From the IMG/VR virus record IMGVR_UViG_3300035208_000814: a stretch of 64,000 nucleotides of DNA, one strand, 5' to 3'. Both the position numbers and the translations under genes were made by a program. The notes beneath the pieces were generated by a model. It did no database searches. It had not been told where the DNA came from and saw only the letters and a list, made by a program, of their open reading frames with translations. The stretch's first letter is position 1. Every line of letters starts with the position of its first letter. Of the stretch, positions 21,206 through 32,673 are shown one piece after another. The DNA is from an uncultured virus (IMG/VR IMGVR_UViG_3300035208_000814). Taxonomy: Duplodnaviria; Heunggongvirae; Uroviricota; Caudoviricetes.

Positions 21206-21700
21206 TTACCTCATCGTTATAATTGAATATGCTATATCAAACGATACTCCACCCACAGCCGCAAATGCACTGAACGTCTCCCTAGCCAATGTGATATCCC
21301 CGGATGTAGTTGCATTCTTATGAATCCCTACCTCTGTTATATCATGACTATTTGATGGTGTAAATGTTGTTCTAAATGTCACAGTGTCGTTTGTAGTAAA
21401 TGTTGTACTGATTATCTTACTTGTACACTGCACCCTCTCCACTTCACTCTCTAATTGTAAATCACTAGCCGATGGCGCGGTAGTTCCTGTACCATATGAT
21501 ATGTAATCATATCTAGCCGCTATCATGGCTGTTATATCTTCAATGCCTTTGTCCAGTAGAAGATCCGTGGCATAATTACCTATACCCATCCATGTCTTCA
21601 ATCTGTGTATTAAAGAGCATTCATCATACGTTTCACATACCACGGCATTATTCTGCGTGATAATAACTTTATCCTTACTTCTAAATCTATTAGTAATCAT
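21206..21700 (-). CDS. tail fibre/baseplate attachment protein
   Basis: YISYGTGTTAPSASDLQLESEVER...ITEVGI motif typical of tail-collar/fibre N-terminal domains. Confidence 0.7.
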   Translation of the reverse strand: MITNRFRSKDKVIITQNNAVVCETYDECSLIHRLKTWMGIGNYATDLLLDKGIEDITAMIAARYDYISYGTGTTAPSASDLQLESEVERVQCTSKIISTTFTTNDTVTFRTTFTPSNSHDITEVGIHKNATTSGDITLARETFSAFAAVGGVSFDIAYSIITMR

Positions 21701-23687
21701 AAACAATCCCCTGTCCTTTTACTATTGATACATTCTCATCAAATGACAAATATTTACCATATGTAGATACCCCGACATTACTATTTCCCTTACAGGTATA
21801 TCGTATTCGGTGAGGCCCCACTAACATGTTATCCAATGTAATTCCCAAGTCTGTCATAGTGTATGTTTTCCAAATATTCTTCTCTCTATCATAATACGTT
21901 GCCTCATCATCACTATCGTAAATTGTAATTTCATTGCCTACAGTAACAAATGTAGATGACCCTACTGACTGTGGAGACAGTAATTGCATTTTAACCTGTC
22001 CAGTAAATGCAAATAACTCATCAATTACTTCTCCATCGAAGTATACGGCAACTTTAATGAATAAGTCTTGTAATGTAGCGAATGTTCCATTACCACTATG
22101 AACCACTGTCATTTGAGGATTACTCATTGCGATATTGGCATGTTCACCGATAAACCACTTATGCGTTATGGTTCTGCGTATAGATGACGATGGTTGTAAT
22201 GTTCCATCATCAAACATCTCCAAATCTCCCCATGATGCATCCCAAGTTACCTGTGTACCCAAAACATTATATGCAACACCTGATTTAAATATGTATGTAG
22301 CCTCTAATTCTGCCCATTTAATAGACCACGGGAAGTATTCAGGTATTGGATCTCCCGATGCATCTACTATTAAATCATATACAATTGCTGTATTGGTTAC
22401 AGTTAAATCAGATGTGGGTGATGATGCTAACATGAAACAGGTAAAGTATCCCCCACCGTCTTTTCCCGGTGCAGTTAACGATGGTGTTATTGTTAAGTCT
22501 CCAAAGAATGTTACTCCTTCAATATTGAAATCTACATCGTGTGATGCCCCCCATGCAGATGAACCACCAGATAACAAGTCAGCCGATGCACAGGTAACAC
22601 TACCAATTGAAATCTCCTTGTTATTATATGCTACTACATCCCCATCTATGACACTTAATCTATCTGCTAATATATCAAAGATTGTAACATCTGCCGCACC
22701 AATTCCCACAGTTACTTTTTCAGTTGTAATTCTAACATCCTTAACCCCATATCCATTTGCTTGTGGGGTCATTCCAGATGCAGTATCCGATATAAATATC
22801 CTATCTCCCTCTTGGATCTTTAACATATTGAGGTCAATAGGGAATTCAATCTCATATCGGGATTTGATTTGTGAACGGTCATTGTATATTTTGTTGGCTA
22901 CGGCCTGTAACTCATCCTTATTCTGACATCCACTATATCGGTAACATAATGTACGGTTATCCGGGGTGATTGTTCCTGCTGTTGCCTTTAATGTCTTGTC
23001 ATCCCCATATACAACAATCCCATCTATTTTATAATTAATGCTACTCTCAACTACTTTAATTGATAATGGAACAGGCCAATTACTAAATGAGTTATTATAT
23101 TCCCCATATTTTAGTTGATTAATAGCATTAGCACCGGGATTTTGATACTGGAACCACAGTCCATATCCAAATTGACTTATAATAAGTCTTTGTAATGCTG
23201 ACCACACAGTACAAGAAGAGAACCCCATTGATGGAATTGCCGTTAGCCCATCAGGTAATTTAGATGATGCTGAATTAGTTATGTCTCTCCAATCTGACAT
23301 CCCTGATATAATAGTTGCTACATACTGCCCTAATGTCCTATTACCAATATCATTAAGAATATACACACCTGAAATGGCAGTTGATGACATATACTTATTC
23401 TTTAATTTAGCAGCAGGTTCTTGTACTTCTATCTCATATCGGGTCTTACCATCCACATTTCTATTTAATTGTTTGCACTGTGAGACATACCCGTAGAATA
23501 CAACTTGTTTCTGAATGTAATATATGGATAGAAATGAGTCTGTTACTACTGGAACGGGGGATATGAATGTAGCATAGTTTATATCCAGTAACTTCATCTC
23601 GATATTTGGTTCACTAATTAATACAAAGTCATTAGACCCATCGGACTTAAAATACCATGCGTTGTAATTTGCTGTTACTGCTGTCAT
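21690..23687 (-). CDS. baseplate hub / tail tip protein
   Basis: 665 aa, three genes after the tape measure; hub-like features (IVVYG, IQEGDRIFISD). Confidence 0.65.
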   Translation of the reverse strand: MTAVTANYNAWYFKSDGSNDFVLISEPNIEMKLLDINYATFISPVPVVTDSFLSIYYIQKQVVFYGYVSQCKQLNRNVDGKTRYEIEVQEPAAKLKNKYMSSTAISGVYILNDIGNRTLGQYVATIISGMSDWRDITNSASSKLPDGLTAIPSMGFSSCTVWSALQRLIISQFGYGLWFQYQNPGANAINQLKYGEYNNSFSNWPVPLSIKVVESSINYKIDGIVVYGDDKTLKATAGTITPDNRTLCYRYSGCQNKDELQAVANKIYNDRSQIKSRYEIEFPIDLNMLKIQEGDRIFISDTASGMTPQANGYGVKDVRITTEKVTVGIGAADVTIFDILADRLSVIDGDVVAYNNKEISIGSVTCASADLLSGGSSAWGASHDVDFNIEGVTFFGDLTITPSLTAPGKDGGGYFTCFMLASSPTSDLTVTNTAIVYDLIVDASGDPIPEYFPWSIKWAELEATYIFKSGVAYNVLGTQVTWDASWGDLEMFDDGTLQPSSSIRRTITHKWFIGEHANIAMSNPQMTVVHSGNGTFATLQDLFIKVAVYFDGEVIDELFAFTGQVKMQLLSPQSVGSSTFVTVGNEITIYDSDDEATYYDREKNIWKTYTMTDLGITLDNMLVGPHRIRYTCKGNSNVGVSTYGKYLSFDENVSIVKGQGIVYDY

Positions 23688-23691
23688 CTAA

Positions 23692-24201
23692 TTACCCCCA
23701 AAACCTAACTAATGTTAATTGCATATCTGCTACATTCATATATCCCTCTCTACTATTTATCAGTATCTTATCCACATACCAATATGAATTTGGCGGTAAT
23801 TTTGATATTGCGGGATGTGTTGGTAGATGTCCCATTTGTCCATTATTCCCTCTGGTAAATTGATTACTCTTAACCTCTAATAACATCCCACTGTCTACCA
23901 TTAGCCAACTGTATATTGGGTTACTATCACCAGATGCACCCATCGAGTCATCAGTCAACATTAGACTACATTGGATATCTACAGTCCACCCCTGCTGTCC
24001 CATAGGAACCCATACCGTTTTATATGCGCCCCCTGACTCTTTGTATGGCACTTGTACTTTATTACTAACACCACTATCTGTTAACCGTGTAATACCTAAT
24101 AGTGGATATGGAGATTGATTAGTGCGCTGTGCATAATTAAGTATTATTCCAGTTGGTGATTGTTCAGTACGTAGATTACACACTACAAATTCAACACCCA
24201 T
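23692..24201 (-). CDS. distal tail-like protein
   Basis: Position between the tape measure and hub genes. Confidence 0.5.
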   Translation of the reverse strand: MGVEFVVCNLRTEQSPTGIILNYAQRTNQSPYPLLGITRLTDSGVSNKVQVPYKESGGAYKTVWVPMGQQGWTVDIQCSLMLTDDSMGASGDSNPIYSWLMVDSGMLLEVKSNQFTRGNNGQMGHLPTHPAISKLPPNSYWYVDKILINSREGYMNVADMQLTLVRFWG

Positions 24202-24692
24202 TATAAATCCCTCCTGTATATAGTCAATTCTATTTCATAGAATAATTTACCACGCCGTTTAGTTCCGGGTTTAGATGTGTAATCTACAGTGTCCACCCAC
24301 CATTGACTACCCTCTGATAGTATGGCATTCCATGTTGGGAATCCAAATTGAACAATAACTAGTATGTCATTAGAGTATAGGCCATTCACTGTTATGTTAC
24401 CAGTTTGATACTGCTCTAATGTGTATGTTTCATCATCTAATTGACTTTGCTTATCAGCCTCCACTTCACATAATAACTTGACCACTGGCCCTATCATAGC
24501 GGAGGGGAGATAGATTGATTTAGTGGCATCTAATGGTATGTATGTCTTAACAGCCTGTTTACTAACACTAATAGACTTAATAAGGAAGATGGGTAATTCT
24601 AGTAAGTCTGCTGATGCTGATGTTATCGCCTGACCTGTCTTACTAGTCTCTATTCGGTAGTGGTGAAATAGTATGCCATTTGCTGTTATCAT
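24201..24692 (-). CDS. distal tail-like protein
   Basis: Immediately downstream of the tape measure; WWVD motif similar to the neighbour's WYVD. Confidence 0.5.
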   Translation of the reverse strand: MITANGILFHHYRIETSKTGQAITSASADLLELPIFLIKSISVSKQAVKTYIPLDATKSIYLPSAMIGPVVKLLCEVEADKQSQLDDETYTLEQYQTGNITVNGLYSNDILVIVQFGFPTWNAILSEGSQWWVDTVDYTSKPGTKRRGKLFYEIELTIYRRDL

Positions 24693-24694
24693 GA

Positions 24695-27600
24695 TTATAC
24701 TCCATGTCCAAATAATTCTCTCTTAATCTTTCTAATCATATCATCAGTTACAGATGAATCAGCATTACCATTGATTGTTATGTTGACTGTCACATTCTTA
24801 TTAGTTGATGATGCTGATGAACCACCAGATACAGACCTAACACCATTTATATTATTACTCAGTAAATTTCCCATTGAAGGGGTATTTGATGTAAGTGAAG
24901 ATAATGGTGATAATCCATTTCTCTCTCGTATTCTATCTACTTCGTCTTGCTGTTGCTGTGCATTTAATCTAGTATCTTTTTGTCCACGCGCGGGATCTAC
25001 TTTAGCATTACCTGTATAATCAGATGGTATTTCATAATCGTAATTCCTTGCGAATCCTGCTGCCCTATTTAACGCGGCCTGTCGTTCCACTTGTCTTGCA
25101 GCAATCTTTTCAGGGGTATTCTCTGCATTAATAGCAACATTCTTATTAGCAGTAATATTAGAATTCATTGCTTGTGCTTGTAGTATTACTGCTCTGGCTG
25201 CATCATCTGATTTCTTCTTTGCTGCGGCAGTTAACGCATCCTGTTTAACTTTCTCTGCTGCCTTTGCATCTGCGTCTTGCTTAATTGCAATATCAGCAAG
25301 AATCTTATCATATCCACCAGAGGAGTCAGTTTGTGTTACTCTATCTGTTCCCCATGCTGTATTTGTTGATGAACTATTATTTGTGATACCGTTAGATTCA
25401 TCTCTGGCTTTATACATTGCCCGTAATGCTTCATCACTCATACCATTTCGGCCATCTGATGTGGATGCATTACCATTTGCTGCTGCTAACTGGTTACGTA
25501 AGTTCTCATTGGTGTAAACTCCACCGTTGTATTTATTACTGTTGTATTTAGTGGGATTACCAAAGACATCTAACGGGCCAGAATATGCCTTACCACCTGC
25601 TGCCGCATTAGCCGCTATACCTGCTGCATTTTGGGGCATTGATCCAAATGTCGGTATCTGTCCATATCCTACCCCACCAATTATATTATCCTTAACACCA
25701 CCATAGTATGATACTGATGGTGCTGTTGGTGTAGATGTAGATGGATGATGCCATGATGTATCTCCTTCTATATCATTGGGATACGGGGTAGTTGGTGAGT
25801 ATTTACCTGCATCTGGTTTTACCGCATCGGGATTTAGTTTTGTTAAATCTATCGGGCCACCAGTTATAGGTGTAGATGTTTCAAAACCTCCACCACCCGA
25901 TACTACTGTAGTTGCATTAATACCTGTTGATTTGTTCGTATTAGTCTTTCTACCTGATATTGCCGATACACCACTTCCCCCTAATGTTCCACCTAACAAT
26001 TGATTATATGTATTGGATTGTTGCTTAGTTCTCTCTTTAATCTCTGTGTTCTCTTTTAATATATCTTTAAGGTATAATGCCATTTGTTTTTGAATACTAA
26101 TAGAACTAGATTCATTTTGTAGAGATAACATTCCCTGTTTGTTTAACTCACTAATATCTTGTGCATTAAGTACAATTTCAGCAGGATGTAAATATGCTAG
26201 TCCCTCTGATGATGTCTTACCTGCCTTTGAACCACCTGCAAATGCCCTATATGTCTGTGGGGTTGTTAATTGCGCACCATGACCATCTGATAGTTGCTTT
26301 GCCTGTGTTGGATCATATTTACCCATTCCTAACTGCTGTATAGTATCTACAATTTGACCATTCTTTGCTATGTATGCCTTTAAGAAATTAGATGAGTTTG
26401 GCCCTTTATTAAACGAACTTGCCATTGATCCGTCAATTGGAGATGCTGCATTTGCTCCCGGTGTCTTAAATAATTCAAGGAGTTTATCTAATGTACTTGC
26501 TGAATCCTTTGTATTATCTGCAATATCCTTATTTCTATTGGCTATCTGATCTAGTGCTGTATCTCCGACATTACCAGTTAATCCCTGTTCCATCTGTTGT
26601 GTTCGCTTAACTACATCGGGGTTGTATCCAGATGCTATTCTTTCCCCGGCGAAATTAACCTGTGCTCCTGCTATCTTCCATGCCTTTGCAGCACCCATTG
26701 GGTCTCTTACACCAACACCGATTGCTGCAAGTGCTTGTAATGCAGGGCCAAGTGTCACTAATATTATATCGCGTATAATGCTAAACTTCTCTTTAAATGT
26801 TGCACCCATATTCTGTAGTTGATTTGTAATACCCATTGAATCCATTATGTTTACAACCGCAACACCAATAGTTAATCCGGCTAGGAATGCTCCGGCATAC
26901 ATCAATCCGGCTTTAAGTCCCTGTGCTTTTATTGATGAGTCAGGGATTAATATGGTCTGCCCAGTTTCCTTGCCTCTACTTGCTAACTTATCTGCAACCT
27001 TAACACCATTTATTAACTCTGTTACAGTTAATACCCCGGTCATTACGTAGTATAACCCTTTAGCAACACCTAATACGGTTGCAAGTCCCTTAGCCATTGA
27101 TGCTATAGATGACATAATTGATAATACGGGCATTGCTACTAAACTCATTGTCCATAAGAAGGCAAGTGCTCCTGCATTTGGTATTACCCAATCTTTGATT
27201 ATACCACCGATGAATTTAACAGCATTAATAATTCCCGGTAGATTGTCTCTAAATGCAAGAATAATACCTTTCATTAAGTCAAACATTGCAGGGTCACTTA
27301 ATGTATCATATACAATCTGAACAATATCTTGGATTGCTTTCCACACATCTTTATTTAACATGAGTTTCGCGCCGAATGTACCTAATGCACCCTGCACTGA
27401 TGACATTGCCCACTGATACCGTCTTGCTCCCTCAACGACATCAGCCATTGACATTCCCATCTTGGTTAGGAATGTCTGCATCCCTGTACCACGGGTTTGT
27501 GCCATTGCAATTGACGTAATTAATGCTTCTGTATTAGCAAGTGGCCCTGTAACCATACCAATACCCTTTTGAAGCATCGTGACTAGACCCATTAATGAGA

Positions 27601-29899
27601 AGTATACTCCTAGAGATGACATGGCTAATGATGTGAATGTCCAAGACATCCTACCTAACACACCAGACTTGGAGGCTAATGAATCAATGATACCACCGAT
27701 ACCCTGTGCCTTCTTCTTCATATCATCCCCATCAGTCTTTAACATTCCCTGTTTTGGGTATAGTGGAGATAGATACTTTTGAACAGGATCAGTGTATTGT
27801 TTCTTATCTGACAGACCCATTGCGAGATAATTTTGGTAATTCTCATTTTGTCTACCTACTAAATCCTGATGACCCATCATTCCCATTAGGGTTGTATCAG
27901 GATGAGTCATTAGTTTTAATTGCTGCGCTCTCTTCTTCTGTTGTGCTTTAACTTGTGCGTCAGTCCAACCAATCTGGAATGGCTTTAGATTTGCTCCCCG
28001 GAATAAGTCATCCCCATAGTCGCCTTGTGCCTTTCCTGTTGATAATATAGTAGATGTATCAGTGGGTTTAACAGTTAACATCGCAATACGTTTCTGTCTC
28101 TCGCGCTCATGTGCATCTACTGACTGTCTACCCCAATCTAAATTTATAGGCTGTAGTTGCTGTCTGAATAAATCCCCGCCTTTATTTCCATATCCATAGG
28201 ACTCTTTGGGTATCTTATTCTGCCAGTGAACACGCTGATTATTAATACCAGATAGTTGACCAGTTGGATCTTTCTGAAGAATAACCTTCGCGTCATCTAA
28301 TACTTTAGTTATAAATGTTTGTATATCAGTTATCTCTTTATCGTCTTCTATACTTTTAGCGGTAAGGAATTTAATCTTAGCAAATGTCTGTCCTTGCTTA
28401 TTAACACCTACTTTTTTATACTTAATATTATCAGTTATTGGTAGTAATGCCATTCTCATTTGTTTAAACTGGTTAAGGAATTCCTCTTGATTCCCCATTA
28501 ACATTCCAAAACTAAACTCTATTCTATCAGTTTCCCATGATGGTGTATGACCACCTTTTAATACATCATCTTGCTTTCTCTGCGCATTATCAATAGATTC
28601 TTGCGCTGTTCCACTCCACCACTTACCGGGGGTTGATGTAGAATACCCGGGACGCATTGGGGGAGGACTACCACCACTACCACCTACACTTGAAGATTTC
28701 TGTTTAATATATCGTAGTAGATTGTCTGGTGTTGATAGATGACTCTTCTTTGATAGAATATCAAGTGATGCTACTTGTTTATTAGTATGCGACTGTTTAG
28801 TATCATCAGTATCTCTTTCTGCTATAATATCAAATTCATGAATTAACTCTTTAATTTTATCAACGGGAGTATCAGTGAAGAATTTATTATTGAAGTATCC
28901 TGACTCCATTCCCCGAAATGACTTAATAGACTCTGACATCTTGGGTTTTAAGAATGAAGTTAACACTGCTAATGTCTCATGTAATGCATCTTCTGGATAT
29001 AGATTATCATTTTTTATTACACTTTCTGTCATCTGTTTAATATTGGGAAACTTATCTAGTGCGCGTAATATATCTTTAGGATTATACTTTGATCTAGTAA
29101 AATTAGAAGTATTCATGCGTTGTTGTTTGGGTAATACTCCTAGACCTTTCTTTAATATACTCTCCTTTAATCCCTCATCTATTAGATTCCAGTGTGTTGA
29201 CTCATGCTCAAATGTATTAGGACGTTCATGTAATGGATTAATTTGGAATACTTCGGGTGTAAGTGTAGTGGTGTCAAATCCTATTTTTCCTGCTGCATTA
29301 ATACGTGAGTTATGTCTTACAGGAATAGGTTTTGACGGTGCATTGGCAAACTTACCAAATTGACTAATTAACTCCTGATATCGTTTCTTATAGTCCTCTT
29401 GCTGTTTTTTATCAATACTAATACCAAAATCAAATACTCTTGCAGGATCTTCACTATATACATTATTGATTCTCCCCGGCCACAACTCTGACTTGCCTAA
29501 TACATCCTTGGGAACTCTCTTATATTTATACTCCTGCTCTATGGGCATACTAATAGATGTTCCACGTTTTTGTGTTGTAGTTCGTGGTACGGATGATGGT
29601 ATTGATGATACTCCTGTAGATGATGTTGATGATGTAACTGTGATATTGGCCTTCTTACGTAAATCTTCTAATTGCCGTTCAATAGCAGATAAGTTTCCTA
29701 TTGAGATGTTAATTTTAAAGTCTTTGCTGAATGAATCACGGATACTCTCTAACTGACCATTGATATTAGTCATATCCAATTGGGGAGTTATAACTATACC
29801 CTTTAATTCCTTGAGTGCTTTGTTTAATTTACCAACAGATGCATCTACATCTTTCATACTTGGTATTGTTAACTTAATATTAACTTCTCTATCTGCCAT
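24695..29899 (-). CDS. tape measure protein with an inserted zincin-like domain
   Basis: 1734 aa; canonical position after the chaperones; central hydrophobic helices; C-terminal NVTVNITINGNAD; HESTH motif. Confidence 0.85.
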   Translation of the reverse strand: MADREVNIKLTIPSMKDVDASVGKLNKALKELKGIVITPQLDMTNINGQLESIRDSFSKDFKINISIGNLSAIERQLEDLRKKANITVTSSTSSTGVSSIPSSVPRTTTQKRGTSISMPIEQEYKYKRVPKDVLGKSELWPGRINNVYSEDPARVFDFGISIDKKQQEDYKKRYQELISQFGKFANAPSKPIPVRHNSRINAAGKIGFDTTTLTPEVFQINPLHERPNTFEHESTHWNLIDEGLKESILKKGLGVLPKQQRMNTSNFTRSKYNPKDILRALDKFPNIKQMTESVIKNDNLYPEDALHETLAVLTSFLKPKMSESIKSFRGMESGYFNNKFFTDTPVDKIKELIHEFDIIAERDTDDTKQSHTNKQVASLDILSKKSHLSTPDNLLRYIKQKSSSVGGSGGSPPPMRPGYSTSTPGKWWSGTAQESIDNAQRKQDDVLKGGHTPSWETDRIEFSFGMLMGNQEEFLNQFKQMRMALLPITDNIKYKKVGVNKQGQTFAKIKFLTAKSIEDDKEITDIQTFITKVLDDAKVILQKDPTGQLSGINNQRVHWQNKIPKESYGYGNKGGDLFRQQLQPINLDWGRQSVDAHERERQKRIAMLTVKPTDTSTILSTGKAQGDYGDDLFRGANLKPFQIGWTDAQVKAQQKKRAQQLKLMTHPDTTLMGMMGHQDLVGRQNENYQNYLAMGLSDKKQYTDPVQKYLSPLYPKQGMLKTDGDDMKKKAQGIGGIIDSLASKSGVLGRMSWTFTSLAMSSLGVYFSLMGLVTMLQKGIGMVTGPLANTEALITSIAMAQTRGTGMQTFLTKMGMSMADVVEGARRYQWAMSSVQGALGTFGAKLMLNKDVWKAIQDIVQIVYDTLSDPAMFDLMKGIILAFRDNLPGIINAVKFIGGIIKDWVIPNAGALAFLWTMSLVAMPVLSIMSSIASMAKGLATVLGVAKGLYYVMTGVLTVTELINGVKVADKLASRGKETGQTILIPDSSIKAQGLKAGLMYAGAFLAGLTIGVAVVNIMDSMGITNQLQNMGATFKEKFSIIRDIILVTLGPALQALAAIGVGVRDPMGAAKAWKIAGAQVNFAGERIASGYNPDVVKRTQQMEQGLTGNVGDTALDQIANRNKDIADNTKDSASTLDKLLELFKTPGANAASPIDGSMASSFNKGPNSSNFLKAYIAKNGQIVDTIQQLGMGKYDPTQAKQLSDGHGAQLTTPQTYRAFAGGSKAGKTSSEGLAYLHPAEIVLNAQDISELNKQGMLSLQNESSSISIQKQMALYLKDILKENTEIKERTKQQSNTYNQLLGGTLGGSGVSAISGRKTNTNKSTGINATTVVSGGGGFETSTPITGGPIDLTKLNPDAVKPDAGKYSPTTPYPNDIEGDTSWHHPSTSTPTAPSVSYYGGVKDNIIGGVGYGQIPTFGSMPQNAAGIAANAAAGGKAYSGPLDVFGNPTKYNSNKYNGGVYTNENLRNQLAAANGNASTSDGRNGMSDEALRAMYKARDESNGITNNSSSTNTAWGTDRVTQTDSSGGYDKILADIAIKQDADAKAAEKVKQDALTAAAKKKSDDAARAVILQAQAMNSNITANKNVAINAENTPEKIAARQVERQAALNRAAGFARNYDYEIPSDYTGNAKVDPARGQKDTRLNAQQQQDEVDRIRERNGLSPLSSLTSNTPSMGNLLSNNINGVRSVSGGSSASSTNKNVTVNITINGNADSSVTDDMIRKIKRELFGHGV

Positions 29900-29967
29900 T
29901 TACATCATCACCATATATTTCTTACTTATATCATCAACACAATACGAAGATTACTATATTAAAAGAG

Positions 29968-30553
29968 TTAGTAGGGTTCTTGATCCCTATCTAACTTAAG
30001 AATTAGAGGCCATATCGTTGAGGATATTGCCAAATCAAATGAAAGTCTTTCTGCCCAATCCTCTTCTTCATTCCATGCGAAAAAGGAGGATGGACGTTGC
30101 CCCGTCATATAGGACAACATACCAATATTATCTAGTATTTTGTCGTTATCCTTACTCAACGAAGCGAAACAACTCTGAACCACCGAAGTTCACGGTAGTA
30201 AACATAGCAAGGAATAATGCATATACATCTTCTCCCGGCATTTCAGTTACAGGATATGGCCCATTAATGTAGATTGACGGTAATACTTTATCCATCCAGT
30301 TTTCCAGAGCATCATTGAATCTCTTCTGATCTCCGGGTGAAGTTATGGTATTCCCATCATCGTCTTTGACATTAGACTGTGGGATGGCACTTGTTACAAT
30401 TGTAAAGTGTGTAATACCTACTCTACCTACTGGTCTTTTCAATTCATATTGCCCATTTGCAGTCTCAATTGTATATCTTAACTTTAATGATGGTGTAGTT
30501 TTCTTAACTTCTTCTACAACCACTTCTGTTTCCTCTTTTGCTTTCTTAACCAT
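29968..30553 (-). CDS. tail assembly chaperone pair (G: 30152-30553; GT extension to 29968 via +1 frameshift)
   Basis: Two overlapping ORFs between the tail tube and tape measure genes; TTT-CGC at 30169-30164. Confidence 0.8.
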
Positions 30554-30624
30554 TGTAAATCTATCCTATACTTATATATTGTATTAACTTATATAAAAAA
30601 TGTATTGGTATTATCCTAGATTAT

Positions 30625-31644
30625 CTAGGATGCACCGGGATTAATGTAGAACGATGTTGCCGTTGGTACAATTACACGGTAGTTAATGGACTTCTCCCAC
30701 TGGTTACGTCCCTGCACACTTCTGTTAGACTCATTGAATACTACATCACCTGCTACGATAGCACCAACCTTGACACCATCTTTGTCATGTAGATCAATTG
30801 AGAATGCACCAGTGTATAACTCATTCTTAGATTCTGTACCTAATGTCTGTGTAACACCTGTTGCGGGTGCGGTAATTGAATGTACTGCATCTGATGTAGA
30901 ACCCACTAATACTGCCTTTAATTCAGACCATTCACCAGAACCTAATGTGATAGTTCCAGATGCCTCAGTCTGACCATTCATGTATAGACCCTGTAATAAA
31001 GGTGAACCGATGAAGTGGTAGTCCTGATCGAACTTACGGTCTAATCTTAACGTAATGGATTTAGCGGTAATTGGCGTATTATCTACCTTTACAATTGCAT
31101 TATACCAAATTGCAGGTGCATCTGCTGTTGGAGCAACTAACCATGCGGGTTCTACTTCTTGCCCCGGCGTAATCTCCACTGCATTCTTTCCAATCCATGA
31201 GATTTTTGTGGTAATGAACTGTCCTACGGATAGGTTAAATTCCATTGAAGAAATACCACAGCCCTTATACTGTGTCTGTCGTCCTGCCTGATCATCACCA
31301 ATTAAGAATGAGTATGATACAGGTGTATCTCCTAAGTAGTAGTTACCATCGGATGATGCAAACCCTAACATTGCTTCAAACAGTCTTGAGAAAGATGCGA
31401 ATCTTAATGTTGCATCAATTGTTCCCGATACTTTATATGCACCACCTACTGCGGCGGTTGCTACAGAGATATCAATTGCTTCCTCAAAAGCAGCGTTACG
31501 AGATACAGGATCACCAATACCAGTTACACGGATTTTATACCATGTAGCATTAGCACCAGATCCACCAGTACCGTAATCAGCAGCAGTTTGAGCAGTTTCT
31601 GAACTACCTTCTCTCTGTAGTGCTAAAAATCTTGTACTTGCCAT
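30625..31644 (-). CDS. major tail tube protein
   Basis: 339 aa beta-rich; synteny; YKGCGISSMEFNL segment. Confidence 0.8.
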   Translation of the reverse strand: MASTRFLALQREGSSETAQTAADYGTGGSGANATWYKIRVTGIGDPVSRNAAFEEAIDISVATAAVGGAYKVSGTIDATLRFASFSRLFEAMLGFASSDGNYYLGDTPVSYSFLIGDDQAGRQTQYKGCGISSMEFNLSVGQFITTKISWIGKNAVEITPGQEVEPAWLVAPTADAPAIWYNAIVKVDNTPITAKSITLRLDRKFDQDYHFIGSPLLQGLYMNGQTEASGTITLGSGEWSELKAVLVGSTSDAVHSITAPATGVTQTLGTESKNELYTGAFSIDLHDKDGVKVGAIVAGDVVFNESNRSVQGRNQWEKSINYRVIVPTATSFYINPGAS

Positions 31645-31678
31645 GTTGTTTCACTTCCATTGTAATCTTTACAATTAT

Positions 31679-32062
31679 TTATGTTAAATTTATAACTTCC
31701 CTGTAATAAAGTAATATGTTCACCCTATACAATTCACCTAAATCATCTGCCTGTGATGACACAAACTTAAATGTTGCCTTCCCCGGTTCAGTAGAATCAT
31801 GTACAATGTAATGCTCTAACTCATCTATTAAGTTCACAATCTGGTATGGTATTGAGTCTCCGTCCATTGTGTTATATTCGCATATGACGTACACATTAGC
31901 AATATAAGAGGCATTGGTTTCTACTTGAAGGTCAACATCCTCTAGACGTACTAACATCTCGTTATCAGCCAATACGGGCTTCTTAGTAGATGCTACTTTC
32001 CATCCCATCTTACCAAGTTGTTTACGGATGGATGATATCATTGTTGATTTTGTATTAACCAT
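31679..32062 (-). CDS. putative tail terminator
   Basis: Size and position directly upstream of the tail tube gene. Confidence 0.55.
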   Translation of the reverse strand: MVNTKSTMISSIRKQLGKMGWKVASTKKPVLADNEMLVRLEDVDLQVETNASYIANVYVICEYNTMDGDSIPYQIVNLIDELEHYIVHDSTEPGKATFKFVSSQADDLGELYRVNILLYYREVINLT

Positions 32063-32673
32063 CAGAACTCACTATCCAATAATTCTCTTAATTGCATATC
32101 GGCATCTTCAACAAATATATCGGCACAATTATCTGCTAGGATTTCTAACTGTTGGTCAACCTCATTCATAAAGACTGTCCACCAGATTTCCCAAGCGGCA
32201 TTTGTAGTAGGCCCACGTTGTCCTATTCCTACAGGAACTACACCAGAACGTCTAAACTTATTAAAGTCTTTCTGCCCTACAGTTTTAGCAGTTAACGACT
32301 TACGATAATCACCCGTCTTCCCATTGAAGTATACATATCTACCCGGAGATGTCCTAGTACCTCTACGTAAATACTCAATAAGATCGGTGTGTCTTGAACC
32401 ACCCTTTAACGGCACTAATATCTGTTTAGCACCTATTGTTATATTAGAGTAGTCTGATGACTTAAATTCAAGAGCATTACACAATCTTTGCCCTTTCATG
32501 TCACGCCATGCAACATACTGTCTCCACACACCCTTTAACTCAGGATAATTACTTTCGGTTTTAGAAAAGAACCGTTTAACATTGGATGTCCAGTATGACT
32601 CTAACCTATCGTACATTGCGTCTACCGCATATTTATATTCTGGATTGGTTAGGTTTTGCATCACAATAATCAC
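32062..32673 (-). CDS. putative neck/tail completion protein (HK97 gp10-like position)
   Basis: Basic protein with YLRRGT motif; synteny. Confidence 0.5.
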   Translation of the reverse strand: MIIVMQNLTNPEYKYAVDAMYDRLESYWTSNVKRFFSKTESNYPELKGVWRQYVAWRDMKGQRLCNALEFKSSDYSNITIGAKQILVPLKGGSRHTDLIEYLRRGTRTSPGRYVYFNGKTGDYRKSLTAKTVGQKDFNKFRRSGVVPVGIGQRGPTTNAAWEIWWTVFMNEVDQQLEILADNCADIFVEDADMQLRELLDSEF

